Source: a virus (Duplodnaviria > Caudoviricetes). From it: a DNA stretch of 44,699 bases. This document shows, piece after piece, positions 35,741 to 44,699 of this stretch. Each line of letters begins with the position of its first letter. Positions within the stretch are counted from its first letter, which is position 1. Under the pieces are notes generated by a model that saw only the letters and a list, made by a program, of their open reading frames with translations, ran no database searches and was not told the origin of the DNA. The position numbers and the translations under genes were made by a program. The DNA is taken from IMG/VR virus record IMGVR_UViG_3300020045_017028, positions 1 through 44,699 of that record. The stretch is one strand, 5' to 3'.

Positions 35741-35977
35741 TTATTTTTTAACCATTAATTTAGATCTATCTGTTATTAAAACAATGTCGTCGTAATCAAC
35801 TAAAACTCCAAATCTCCTTTCTCCTTTATAAGAAAGAATGCAATCGTGCCATCTTGGAATAGATGCTATTTTACCAGTATAGTAATTACCGTTACCATTT
35901 TTTACTATAACTATATTTCCTATAGATATATCTTCGCATTGTTTTAAATCGGAATCTTTAACGTTTATATACTCCAT
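35741..35977 (-). CDS. Hypothetical SH3-like small protein
   Basis: ISIGNIVIVK..YTGKIASI beta-barrel pattern. Confidence 0.6.
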   Translation of the reverse strand: MEYINVKDSDLKQCEDISIGNIVIVKNGNGNYYTGKIASIPRWHDCILSYKGERRFGVLVDYDDIVLITDRSKLMVKK

Positions 35978-35982
35978 ATCAT

Positions 35983-36408
35983 TTATTTTTCAATTTGTTC
36001 GCAAACCTTTACAACCTCGGCTTTTCTTTCTACAAACCAGTTTCTGTGATCTGTTATCTTATTTCCAACAAAATTCCTGTCAGGGAAAATTGATATGTAA
36101 CCACTTGAGTTAACTGCAAATCCGAAAGCTGGTTGCCCTTGTATGTAGCAGTTGTACCAGGTTGTAACTTTTATTGCAGGATCACCTATCATAGATAATA
36201 TTTTTTGAAATTTTGATTCAATTTTAGGGTCTTTAAAAGCAGGATTAGATTGAGTCCACCTATTTTTAATTGCATTGTTATGAACGTGCATAGCATAGGC
36301 AAATGCGTCTACAGGGTCTTTTGCAAGAAATTCTTTCCAGTTTACTCTTTCGTGATCTTCAAATGAAAACCTGCTTCCATTTTTAAAGTTAAAATGCCTT
36401 TCTGCCAT
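35983..36408 (-). CDS. Hypothetical protein
   Basis: 141-aa ORF in the operon. Confidence 0.7.
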   Translation of the reverse strand: MAERHFNFKNGSRFSFEDHERVNWKEFLAKDPVDAFAYAMHVHNNAIKNRWTQSNPAFKDPKIESKFQKILSMIGDPAIKVTTWYNCYIQGQPAFGFAVNSSGYISIFPDRNFVGNKITDHRNWFVERKAEVVKVCEQIEK

Positions 36409-36409
36409 A

Positions 36410-36655
36410 TCACTTGTATTTGTTATAAATATTCTCGATATCTTTTACGATTTGACGAGGTTTGAAACTACCTGAATTTATTTTTTCCATAAGCCTAACC
36501 AAGGCTGGTGCAGCCTCTGATCCAAATTGGATAGCTTTCTCTATTTCTTCTCTTTCGTCAGGAGGAAGGTCTGCCATAACAGCAACACAAGTCTTTTCCT
36601 CATTGTAAACAAGGCCATCTATGATCTTCAGTTTTGGCATTTCGTCTGCGCTCAT
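36410..36655 (-). CDS. Hypothetical protein
   Basis: 81-aa ORF. Confidence 0.7.
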   Translation of the reverse strand: MSADEMPKLKIIDGLVYNEEKTCVAVMADLPPDEREEIEKAIQFGSEAAPALVRLMEKINSGSFKPRQIVKDIENIYNKYK

Positions 36656-36752
36656 CTTATTATCTTTTTAAATTTTAAATACTCGATTATTAATTGCGAT
36701 ATACAGATAGATACAACTACACAATGTACCATTATCCTGATTTCTTTTGGAG

Positions 36753-36983
36753 TCAAAGTTCTATTATTTTACTTCCTAACGTTACCTGAATAACTCTTCC
36801 GGCTTTCCTGTCTGCCATAGCTACAAACGGGAATCCATTTAACCAAGATATAAAGACTATATTGTCTCTATCACCTACGTGTAAATGAGTTTTATTTCTC
36901 CATGTATTGATCGCCCTGGCAACACAATGCCTTTCGTTACGATCAGTTATTTTAAGGTTCGTTCTCATCTTCAATGTTTTCAT
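36753..36983 (-). CDS. Hypothetical protein
   Basis: 76-aa ORF overlapping the exonuclease stop. Confidence 0.6.
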   Translation of the reverse strand: MKTLKMRTNLKITDRNERHCVARAINTWRNKTHLHVGDRDNIVFISWLNGFPFVAMADRKAGRVIQVTLGSKIIEL

Positions 36984-37872
36984 TGTTATTGATATACCTC
37001 ATGCACTCTAAGTTGTTTAGATACCACCGGCACTCTAAAATCCTTTTCTTCATCAACTCAATCTTGCTTTCAACCCTTTCGATTTCAAAAACCTTGATTT
37101 TCCTTTCCAATGGCAAGTCGTCAAAGATACTGTTTTTCCTTATCTCTCTTTTTGCATCTTCAAACGCCTCAAGCATATACACTGGAGCGTGTTTCATGTT
37201 CATCTCGTTACCAAATAGAGAATACATCATCTTCGCCTCTTCAGCACGAATAAGATGTTCAGGAGTGTTAATAAGGCAATACACCAGCTTTGCCTTTGCT
37301 TTTTTGTAAAGCCACATATAAGTATGCAACTGCCACTCGTAAATTGGGTTTATGTTGCTTAGCCTGGCGTTGTCGAATGTGTATATATCCCAGGACGACT
37401 TTGTATCTATTGCCTCATCTTCCCACTCGAAGTCCATTGTTCCTGTAACCCAACCGTTGTTTTCAGTAACTTCATTTTTTTTGTGGAAATTGCCTGTATA
37501 AACAGAATAAGCTGTTATTGAGTCTTCTTCAACCATAAGACCTTTTTCAAGGTATTTAGACTGAATCATTTTCTTTCTTCCGGTTGTTTCTTCAGTGTAT
37601 ATCTGTTTTAACTTTGTTTTGCAAGTTTCACTTAAAACAGGTATATCAATTAAAGGCTTTAATCTTTCAATTTCTCTATCAAGTTCAACAACCTTTGAAA
37701 GTAAACTCCCGGCTGTTTTAGTTTCTTTATTTGCAAGAGCATCGTATTCAGATTTCTTTTGCTTTCTTAAAACTACTGCTTCATCGTGTTTTTGAAGGTT
37801 AGATTTTCCTTTAGGATTAGTCATTAATAATCCCATGTAATGTGCGTGAGGTGTCCAGTTGTCAAAGTTCAT
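36952..37872 (-). CDS. YqaJ/lambda-exonuclease-like PD-(D/E)xK nuclease
   Basis: KGLMVEEDSI..VTGTMD..IDTKSSW..YEWQLHTYMWL. Confidence 0.85.
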   Translation of the reverse strand: MNFDNWTPHAHYMGLLMTNPKGKSNLQKHDEAVVLRKQKKSEYDALANKETKTAGSLLSKVVELDREIERLKPLIDIPVLSETCKTKLKQIYTEETTGRKKMIQSKYLEKGLMVEEDSITAYSVYTGNFHKKNEVTENNGWVTGTMDFEWEDEAIDTKSSWDIYTFDNARLSNINPIYEWQLHTYMWLYKKAKAKLVYCLINTPEHLIRAEEAKMMYSLFGNEMNMKHAPVYMLEAFEDAKREIRKNSIFDDLPLERKIKVFEIERVESKIELMKKRILECRWYLNNLECMRYINNNENIEDENEP

Positions 37873-37879
37873 AGCATTT

Positions 37880-38092
37880 TTATTTTATTTGTTTACGATT
37901 ACTTGGCTTACGTTTTTTCTTAGTGTTGATTGTTTCTGTTGGAACAACAATCATTATAGTTATTCTGTTATAAACGAAGTCATCATTGTTATAACCAACA
38001 TTTTTAATAACTCCTGCGTTATTAAGCGTAGTTATACATCTACGAATTGTTGCTAACTTAACAACTTTCTTTGGTTCTGTATTTATTTGCAT
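37880..38092 (-). CDS. Small basic hypothetical protein
   Basis: Likely start MQINTEP at 38092, because the longer ORF overlaps a hairpin. Confidence 0.55.
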   Translation of the reverse strand: MQINTEPKKVVKLATIRRCITTLNNAGVIKNVGYNNDDFVYNRITIMIVVPTETINTKKKRKPSNRKQIK

Positions 38093-38106
38093 AGCACTTT
38101 GTTTTA

Positions 38107-38144
38107 ACCGCAAATCCCGCCTCATACACGAGAGCGGGTTGCAG
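38107..38144 (-). terminator. Terminator-like hairpin
   Basis: Minus strand CCCGCTCTC-GTGTAT-GAGGCGGG followed by ATTT. Confidence 0.5.
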
Positions 38145-38228
38145 TTTGATAGCTATGTTAAAACGTCACTGGCCTAAATTAGCACTTCATCCAGTTGCTT
38201 CTACGTAGAGGATTCAAACCTCTAACTA

Positions 38229-39158
38229 TCAATCTTTTAATGTCTTCCACGTTTCATCGTAGAGCATTCTTAATTCATTTGTTTTGATCTCCTTTTCAAG
38301 CAACTTTAATGCTGTACGGTTTTTAGCTGCACCGATCATTGTCTTAAGTCTTTCTGATACATTTTTATCAGGAAATGGATCAATAACTTCTTCCTGTTTT
38401 TTATACCTAAAAACCTTTTCGAACTCCATATCGCCATTTCTCAATCCAACTTCAATTGCAGCCAAAGTTAAAAGCTGATCTTTGTCAATATGTTCGATCA
38501 GTTTCTTTCCACAAGCGCCAGCAATTTCTGCATCAGTTAAACCTTCGTCCTGGTAAAGATTTTTCAATCCGTTAACAAGCTTAGTTCTTGCTGCAATTAA
38601 ACTGTCTTTGTCAGTTATCTTACCCAATACCTTTTGTTTTGCGGCATCGTGTATCCTCTTGACAATTGAAGGATCAATTAATGCAAATACGCAGTTCCTC
38701 AAAGCAATAGCGCAGCCTGCCATTCCGGTAGTGGTTGCAGTTGTTTCATCAAATCTTGCACCTTTACTTGTCATTATTGATCTGCGAACCTGCATACGAA
38801 TTGCGTAGTTTGTTTCAAGATCTGCTATTATAGCTTCTGATGTAACATGAGTTGCATCGAAACCTACAATTCTTGATTCTGCACGAATGTTTCCGTACTT
38901 ACGCATTATTAACTTTGCAAGAACAACTGATGGACCTGTTGGATTACCTGATCTTGGAACGCTGTAAGTGCAAGCAGCAGCAAGTTCTTTATCACTTGTT
39001 ACCAGGGCGATACAAGCGTTCACTATCTTTATCTCGTTACGAGGATAACGTCTTGCCCATTCCATTGCACGTTCAATAGCAGCTTTTTCCTGCTGGAAGA
39101 TTGCCATATTATTTAATGGTATCTCCTCTGTTGTTATGTAGTCTGCTTCGTCTGACAT
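38229..39158 (-). CDS. Putative single-strand annealing/recombination protein
   Basis: ARRYPRN..YSVPRSG..GPSVVLA..YGNI..IALRN pattern, located just upstream of the exonuclease. The family assignment is an inference. Confidence 0.6.
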   Translation of the reverse strand: MSDEADYITTEEIPLNNMAIFQQEKAAIERAMEWARRYPRNEIKIVNACIALVTSDKELAAACTYSVPRSGNPTGPSVVLAKLIMRKYGNIRAESRIVGFDATHVTSEAIIADLETNYAIRMQVRRSIMTSKGARFDETTATTTGMAGCAIALRNCVFALIDPSIVKRIHDAAKQKVLGKITDKDSLIAARTKLVNGLKNLYQDEGLTDAEIAGACGKKLIEHIDKDQLLTLAAIEVGLRNGDMEFEKVFRYKKQEEVIDPFPDKNVSERLKTMIGAAKNRTALKLLEKEIKTNELRMLYDETWKTLKD

Positions 39159-39159
39159 T

Positions 39160-39324
39160 TTAAATCTGCTTTAACAAATTAGTTAATAATGTTTTTGCGT
39201 ACAGTTCTTTTTGCCAATTTGGATCTAAAACGTACATTGATAAACTTTCAAGTTTTTGCATCTTATCATCAACAGTATCAATTTCTTTTTGAATCTTGTC
39301 TTTGATGATTTCTTTAATAGTCAT
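39160..39324 (-). CDS. Small hypothetical protein (54 aa)
   Basis: Manual translation MTIKEIIKDKIQKEIDTVDD... Confidence 0.6.
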   Translation of the reverse strand: MTIKEIIKDKIQKEIDTVDDKMQKLESLSMYVLDPNWQKELYAKTLLTNLLKQI

Positions 39325-39339
39325 ATTGTTAGTTGTTGT

Positions 39340-39516
39340 TTACTGTGCCAAAAAATCATTCCAGTTTTTATATTTAACTTGCTTGGTCATCTGACGTTTC
39401 AAGTTTTTAATCTTGTTAAACAATGCGTAATATTCTGATGAATACTTACCTCTTGCATCTGGCTTAAACATAGCCAACTTGTTTTCTAAGATCTTGATCT
39501 GGTATTCTGTAGCCAT
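39340..39516 (-). CDS. Small hypothetical protein (58 aa)
   Basis: Manual translation MATEYQIKILENKLAMFKPD...; first gene after the promoter. Confidence 0.6.
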   Translation of the reverse strand: MATEYQIKILENKLAMFKPDARGKYSSEYYALFNKIKNLKRQMTKQVKYKNWNDFLAQ

Positions 39517-39537
39517 GCTTCGATTTTTAATTATAAT

Positions 39538-39593
39538 GCAATATACACCATATCAGCGACATATAAAATACCGGCTCGTTAAAAATTTGTTAA
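39538..39593 (-). promoter_or_regulatory. Promoter of the recombination/replication operon
   Basis: TATATTGC at 39538-39545; GTTAA-N6-GTTAA at 39578-39593. Confidence 0.55.
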
Positions 39594-39711
39594 ATGGCTT
39601 ATAATGGACAAATTGGCACTTATACGACAAATTGACAGGCTTGCATTGCATACTACCTGTCAATATTATGTCATTTATATATAAACAATATAACGGCTTA
39701 AAACGTGCATA

Positions 39712-40185
39712 TTACTCATCTATTTTAGCTAACTGGAAGTGCATTCCATCAAGACGTTTAAAGTTTCCACCCCAGTCAAATTCTGCGTCTGTGAAGCACT
39801 TAACGAAACCTGCTGATAATTTCGGAACCTTTCCAATTCCATTATCTTTAGCGTTGCAATCAACTGCAGTTCCCCATGCGTGAATAGAAAGATACTTTAT
39901 TGCCAATTCAAAGTTCTTTGCTTTTATAGCAGTTGTATATTTCTTTTCGTAACCTCTTACAGGCCTGATATTATGGCACCCATCCCATGATTCAAGTTCG
40001 CCTACAAACTTCCGATTAATAAGATTCATAAACGCACAGGACAATGCAACTATCATATCCCTGTTGCAGTAAATTCTTTTTGGAATCTTTCCAACATGCA
40101 TTTCTACAGGAACTTCCCATAACACCATATTCTTATGAGTCTCAGGGTTTCCGTATTTTTTGTATAACATTTCTGCTGTTACCAT
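39712..40185 (-). CDS. Endolysin, peptidase M15 family
   Basis: SxHxxGxAxD (SIHAWGTAVD) and WGGNF..DGMHFQ zinc motifs. Confidence 0.92.
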   Translation of the reverse strand: MVTAEMLYKKYGNPETHKNMVLWEVPVEMHVGKIPKRIYCNRDMIVALSCAFMNLINRKFVGELESWDGCHNIRPVRGYEKKYTTAIKAKNFELAIKYLSIHAWGTAVDCNAKDNGIGKVPKLSAGFVKCFTDAEFDWGGNFKRLDGMHFQLAKIDE

Positions 40186-40241
40186 AGTTGTAAATTTTAA
40201 TTGCTCTATGAGGTTTTATCCACAAAGAAAATGATTAAATG

Positions 40242-40448
40242 TTATTTCTGCTTTTCTGCTTTTTCAATATCTCCACCTTGTAAAAAGTCAAATCCTGGTT
40301 TAAGGTGTACAGTGTCAACAATTTCTTTTGTGGAATCTATTGTTGGAAGTTCTATTGAAGTATTGAATGAATTATTAAGAACTGCCATTATTCCACAAAA
40401 AGAAATGATCATTGTTATTCCAAATATTAAGTTATTTCTCTTTTCCAT
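40242..40448 (-). CDS. Small N-terminally anchored membrane protein
   Basis: Likely start MEKRNN; transmembrane segment LIFGITMIISFCGIMAVL. Confidence 0.55.
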   Translation of the reverse strand: MEKRNNLIFGITMIISFCGIMAVLNNSFNTSIELPTIDSTKEIVDTVHLKPGFDFLQGGDIEKAEKQK

Positions 40449-40497
40449 TTTAAAGAATTTAAGCCGGAACAAGATTTCTCTCATTCCGGCTGGTTAA

Positions 40498-40764
40498 TTA
40501 CTCGGGCAATACAACTTCGTATTTTTCGGCAGAAACTTCGATAGCTTCTACCAAAGCGTCTACGATTGCGTCGTCAACCTTTGTTTTTGTTTTGTCAGTC
40601 AACCTGGCCAATTGGCTGGCTCCAACGTACAAAGACTTTAAAGCTGCTGCATGGCCTTCTGCATCTTTTTCATGCATCTTGTCAAACAATTCGTTCAACT
40701 TTACAGTTGCAACTGATTGTAACGCTGGAGTCAATGCTCCGATTAAAACTTCTCCGATGTTCAT
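40498..40764 (-). CDS. Small helical protein in the lysis module
   Basis: 88 aa with TDKTKTKVDDAIVDAL, a motif common in lysis-region proteins. Confidence 0.7.
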   Translation of the reverse strand: MNIGEVLIGALTPALQSVATVKLNELFDKMHEKDAEGHAAALKSLYVGASQLARLTDKTKTKVDDAIVDALVEAIEVSAEKYEVVLPE

Positions 40765-40795
40765 AACTGTGTTTTTTATGATTAAAAAATGATTA

Positions 40796-41074
40796 CTAAT
40801 TAAAGTCTTCTTTCTTCACACCAATAAATTTTGCTATCTGCCATACAGCATAATCTATTGCAGCAATCCATACTATTGACTCTTTTACCTGTTCAGGTGT
40901 AAATGCTGAACTTGCTCCAAGTATCATTAAAACAGCTTTGTTTATTACAAACTCTGTTCTAAAAATCCATGTTGCCCACATAGGAGTAGGATTCTGTAAT
41001 CCTGTTTTACCGAAGTACGTTCTACCTTTTGTGGATTTTATATCCGTAACTTCTACTATTTTTTCTTCTTCCAT
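40796..41074 (-). CDS. Putative holin
   Basis: PTP.W motif followed by two moderately hydrophobic helices; upstream of the endolysin. Confidence 0.5.
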   Translation of the reverse strand: MEEEKIVEVTDIKSTKGRTYFGKTGLQNPTPMWATWIFRTEFVINKAVLMILGASSAFTPEQVKESIVWIAAIDYAVWQIAKFIGVKKEDFN

Positions 41075-41075
41075 T

Positions 41076-41324
41076 TCAATAATTTTTTTGTTCTAATTCT
41101 TGTTGTATTTTAGCAAGTTGTTTTTCTGTATCCCTCATCCTTGTTTCATGGTCAACCTGGTTTCTTTTTAATTGCTCAATATCACTTTCGTACTTTTGAT
41201 GAGATACAAAGATCTGTTGGATCATTTTGTATATCTCATTTATTTTTTCATAAGCTGCTCTTCCAAGCCATGCTACCAAACCTATCAATGTTATCAACAG
41301 GTAGTTAGTGAATGAATCTCCCAT
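41076..41324 (-). CDS. Holin/XhlA-like membrane protein
   Basis: N-terminal transmembrane helix plus a coiled coil ending DHETRMRDTE. Confidence 0.6.
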   Translation of the reverse strand: MGDSFTNYLLITLIGLVAWLGRAAYEKINEIYKMIQQIFVSHQKYESDIEQLKRNQVDHETRMRDTEKQLAKIQQELEQKNY

Positions 41325-41334
41325 AGTTAATTTT

Positions 41335-43392
41335 TTAAGGGGTTTTAATTTTAATTAATGATCTGTATATTGAACCTGATCCTCCAGGTATTGAAGCAGT
41401 TCCATTTGGCTTAAATAATACGCTGCTCATTGGAGGTAAAGAATATGTATTATCATAAGATATACCTGTCATAACATCAATTCTTTTAAAACCTGAAAAA
41501 TTAACAGGTACATAACTTTGAGTTGCATTATATACAAATACAGGTGTAAATGTATTATACGTGCTATGTGACTCTCCGTTTATAAATGCAGGCCACGATG
41601 CCCAATATATAGGCGTTCCATTGTTATTAGGCCCGTCAACAAAACCAACTCCTGGAGACGTATGATACCAGTAATGAAACTCTTGCGATGCCCCTGACAT
41701 ATAATAGTTGCTATCAATTCTTGAAAATAACGCCCTGTAATCATTCTGTATTGTAACTGTCGTAGGAGTATTTAACGACTGGTTCCAATAGAAAATGTTA
41801 TTATGAGAACTTGATATTACATTCCTTGACAAGATAATATTTCGTATTAAAGGTGCCGCATCAAATCTTTGAAACTTTACAGCGTTAACTACATTATAAA
41901 AAGTATTAATTGTGATATAAAGGTTGCTCGATTCATTTGTAAAGAATCCGCCACCTGGAATATTAAACAATGAGTTACCTTTGATGTACGCATTTGATGC
42001 AACACCGTCAAAGTAAATTCCATGAGTAGCGCCTTCTTCAAGAATATTGCTATAAGGCCATCCGAAACTGGTAACCCCATTTCCACAAATATTATTTAAT
42101 AACCTTCTATCAGTATCTGTTGAACCAAGGTATGTGTATATTGCACCGCAGTCAGATTTAGTTATACCAAAATTATTAATGAAGTTGTTCTGTACAAGTA
42201 TATGAGATCCATAGAAACTTATACCGTTCCACCCTATATTTTCAAGACTATTATTTTCTATAGTTGCGCCATAAGCACCAACCCTAACCTCTATAGCATG
42301 ATCTGCATCGTCACCATTTAATCCCATTCCTGCAAATAATCCTACATTCTCAACTGTATTATTTGATACATTAGTAGTTCCATTATCGCCCTGCATAACC
42401 TGAATTGGAGTAGAAAGATTATTATGTGTAACGTTATAAGATATATTTACATTGATTATATGCCAAGCGTAAATACCAAGATTATTATTATCAAACTGGC
42501 AGTTATTTACATTTATATTAGATGCATCTTGAAACCACATTGTTCTTCCATTAGCACCGCTGAATTTTAGATTTTGAACAGTAATATTACTCTTTGCAGA
42601 ATAAGGAGATGCGCCGCCTCCAGCATCGAATAAAACGTTTACTGTTGATACCTGAATAACATGAGACCCTGGGCTTGATCCGCCAAAGTATATTGATAAA
42701 TCTTTTGTTGATTTATTCAGGAACCATTCACCATAAGAATCTAATGTTCTAAGATCGTTTTGAATAAAGTATCCATAACCTGCTTTACCTGGCTGTGAAG
42801 ATACATTTGTATATGTCAAAGTTCCTCCAACATGGGTAGTGATAGGGCAAACGTCAATTACCCAAGGCTGCTTAACTATTACCGCATCTGCTCCTGCCCA
42901 GTTATATGGAACAGTAGAAAGACTTGCATCTGTTATAGATGTACCTGCACTAAATGATTCGTATGTTAAATATCCTCCGTCTGTAGAATTATAATTTGGG
43001 TATCTTCCAATAATCTGTTGGGCTCCATCTATTACGACGTTTTTTAATGTCGTTGACGCTGCTGAAACATTTGCCAAGTAAACACCTGACCCTGAAAAAC
43101 TAAAACCGGTAATGGTTTCAAATCCTGTTATATGTGCAATTGGACCTGTTCCATAAGAGTCGTATATCAAGTTACTTCTTTGTGGAACAATGCTACCGTA
43201 ATAAGTATAACCTCTTTCAAAAAGTATTACGTCATTTGCAGATAATGTCAGAGTATTTAACTTTGCTATTGTCTGATAAGGAGCTCCAATTGTCCCGTTA
43301 CCTGTTGTGTTATTTCCTGTTCCGCTGATGTATATATTAGCACCCCTTGAAAAAAGAGGTAGCAAAAACAAGATCATAAATATTTTTTTCAT
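41335..43392 (-). CDS. Right-handed parallel beta-helix protein (tailspike/depolymerase-like) with signal peptide
   Basis: Starts MKKIFMILFLLPLFSRG|ANIYIS..GTIGAPYQTI..GRYPN; Asn-ladder repeats; DCGAIY and HGIYFD. Confidence 0.85.
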   Translation of the reverse strand: MKKIFMILFLLPLFSRGANIYISGTGNNTTGNGTIGAPYQTIAKLNTLTLSANDVILFERGYTYYGSIVPQRSNLIYDSYGTGPIAHITGFETITGFSFSGSGVYLANVSAASTTLKNVVIDGAQQIIGRYPNYNSTDGGYLTYESFSAGTSITDASLSTVPYNWAGADAVIVKQPWVIDVCPITTHVGGTLTYTNVSSQPGKAGYGYFIQNDLRTLDSYGEWFLNKSTKDLSIYFGGSSPGSHVIQVSTVNVLFDAGGGASPYSAKSNITVQNLKFSGANGRTMWFQDASNINVNNCQFDNNNLGIYAWHIINVNISYNVTHNNLSTPIQVMQGDNGTTNVSNNTVENVGLFAGMGLNGDDADHAIEVRVGAYGATIENNSLENIGWNGISFYGSHILVQNNFINNFGITKSDCGAIYTYLGSTDTDRRLLNNICGNGVTSFGWPYSNILEEGATHGIYFDGVASNAYIKGNSLFNIPGGGFFTNESSNLYITINTFYNVVNAVKFQRFDAAPLIRNIILSRNVISSSHNNIFYWNQSLNTPTTVTIQNDYRALFSRIDSNYYMSGASQEFHYWYHTSPGVGFVDGPNNNGTPIYWASWPAFINGESHSTYNTFTPVFVYNATQSYVPVNFSGFKRIDVMTGISYDNTYSLPPMSSVLFKPNGTASIPGGSGSIYRSLIKIKTP

Positions 43393-43393
43393 T

Positions 43394-43864
43394 TTATAAA
43401 TTTTTATAAGTTATTTCAAATGCGAGTGAACGTAACATGAAAGGAAATACTTTACGTACGATAATAAATCCAGCCCGTTGCCAACCCTTGTATTGAATCC
43501 ATTGACTTTTAAATTCACTAAAATTTATAGCCGTACCAGATACTAAAAAACCAGTGTTACTAAAAGCTGTAGCATGGTTTAAATCAGTGAATGCTACAAA
43601 GGCAGATTTACTTAAAAAAAACCTTTCACGATAATCTCCTGCATCATAGTTTTTGTACTTGTTTTTCCAGCTTGTTTGTATATCAATAAAACCATTTCCT
43701 TTGCCATAACCGTGATAATTAATAGCCTCATGAAACCCATTTGACACTCCGCTTGCTGTTAAAAGAAATACGCTAATTACTTCATTTTTAGTAGGCTCAT
43801 ACCATTTATTCTGTGCAATCAAATTGACGTTTATCAGCATTAATACTATAAGTATTTTTTTCAT
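43394..43864 (-). CDS. Signal-peptide-containing membrane-associated hypothetical protein
   Basis: Likely start MKKILIVLMLINVNLIA|Q at 43864; SWKNKY..FTD..H motif. Confidence 0.65.
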   Translation of the reverse strand: MKKILIVLMLINVNLIAQNKWYEPTKNEVISVFLLTASGVSNGFHEAINYHGYGKGNGFIDIQTSWKNKYKNYDAGDYRERFFLSKSAFVAFTDLNHATAFSNTGFLVSGTAINFSEFKSQWIQYKGWQRAGFIIVRKVFPFMLRSLAFEITYKNL

Positions 43865-43877
43865 AACTTGATTTATA

Positions 43878-44699
43878 TTAATGAACAATTTTTAATAAGT
43901 CACCTGTACGGTAAACTGTTCCAACTGCAAGACCAGCTGTAATTGCTGCTGCATTATCAGCATAATCATTAACAGTTGCTATTTTAAGCATACCAAATAG
44001 CTTAGTTGAAGTTGTAGAGCTATTACCTAAAACAGTGCTGTTAGCACCGTCTCCAATTGCTCCAGCACCTATAACAAGTTCGTTGTTTACATATTGCCCT
44101 GATGCTTTTGTATCAGGCCCTATATAAGATGAGTTTGACGATACGCTTAATAATGTAGTTCCGTCAGCAAGATACTTTCCAGCTTGATAACCTAAAGCAA
44201 GGTTATTGTAACCATTCCTCATTCCTTTCATTGCATCCCATCCGTATGCAGAATTATTATTTCCTACATCTAAAAAGTTTCCAGCGCCTTTACCAACAAG
44301 CGTATTTCCTATTGCTGTCGTGATTCTATCACCTGAATTAAGAGATAGTGCTGTATTGTCTGCTGCGGTTGTTGCGAACTGTCCTGCACCTTTTGATCTA
44401 AAAGTATTTCCTAATTTATTAAACCTTTGCTCATCAACAACTGTTCCGTCGGAACTTTGGTAATCTAAACTTGATAATGACGGTACGATATACTTTAATG
44501 AAGGAGTTACTGTTCCAACAAAATCAGATGAAGGAGTAAAAACTAAAGGACTCGTTCCGTCTGCAAATACTTCGATTGATCCTGTAGAAGTTATACCGTC
44601 CTGATAAACACCTGCCATTGTAACCAATATGCTACCAGCTGTCCTTGTTATAGTCCAACCTACTCTATATGGTTGATTATTAATAATAGTATTTGTAGA
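43878..44699 (-). CDS. Tail fibre C-terminal part (5' end outside the window)
   Basis: The frame is open to 44699. NTxxG/NxAxG beta-roll-type repeats; C-terminus DYADNAAAITAGLAVGTVYRTG. Confidence 0.8.
   Translation of the reverse strand, partial: STNTIINNQPYRVGWTITRTAGSILVTMAGVYQDGITSTGSIEVFADGTSPLVFTPSSDFVGTVTPSLKYIVPSLSSLDYQSSDGTVVDEQRFNKLGNTFRSKGAGQFATTAADNTALSLNSGDRITTAIGNTLVGKGAGNFLDVGNNNSAYGWDAMKGMRNGYNNLALGYQAGKYLADGTTLLSVSSNSSYIGPDTKASGQYVNNELVIGAGAIGDGANSTVLGNSSTTSTKLFGMLKIATVNDYADNAAAITAGLAVGTVYRTGDLLKIVH

Noticed and set aside
355-43328. Plus-strand ORFs in the six-frame track
   Set aside because: Nearly all are short shadows antisense to well-supported minus-strand genes, and none shows a recognisable motif.
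1-44699. Alternative genetic code, diversity-generating retroelement, integrase/repressor module, introns or inteins
   Set aside because: Core genes are intact under the standard code at expected lengths. No reverse transcriptase, template/variable repeat pair, recombinase or CI-like gene is seen, though they could lie outside the window.

Overview
This window holds most of a low-GC, siphovirus-type tailed phage genome (HK97-fold capsid, tape measure protein). The host is most likely a Bacteroidota bacterium, judged from TTTG-N20-TAnnTT(T)G promoters, a BT4734/PriCT-2/VapE primase-helicase and the style of the structural genes. Every credible gene is on the minus strand. In transcription order (right to left): tail fibre/spike genes, lysis (holin-like proteins, M15 endolysin), recombination/replication (SSAP-like, YqaJ-like exonuclease, KTSC-SSB, methyltransferase, SF2 helicase, primase-helicase), small accessory genes, a repeat-rich origin-like region, terS, a 2.4-kb GC-shifted regulatory/ncRNA insert, terL, portal, protease, capsid, neck, tail tube, tape measure and tail tip. 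Tail genes run off both ends. No integrase, repressor, DNA polymerase, reverse transcriptase or CRISPR array is visible. The most notable signals are four. (1) A candidate modular virion-decoration system: a CCC-TAA +1 frameshift adds an LxTExG-repeat tail to the tube protein, an 86-aa domain is shared (59% identical) by the neck protein and a tail-collar protein, and several structural-module proteins carry signal peptides. (2) tRNA-like elements that keep the acceptor stem and D/T elbow but have missing or remodelled anticodon arms, two of them beside a KTSC gene. (3) The unusual terS-terL insert with its own promoter, a boxA-like signal and structured RNA. (4) Several repeated candidate protein-binding motifs. 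All functional calls come from motif reading by eye; no searches were run.
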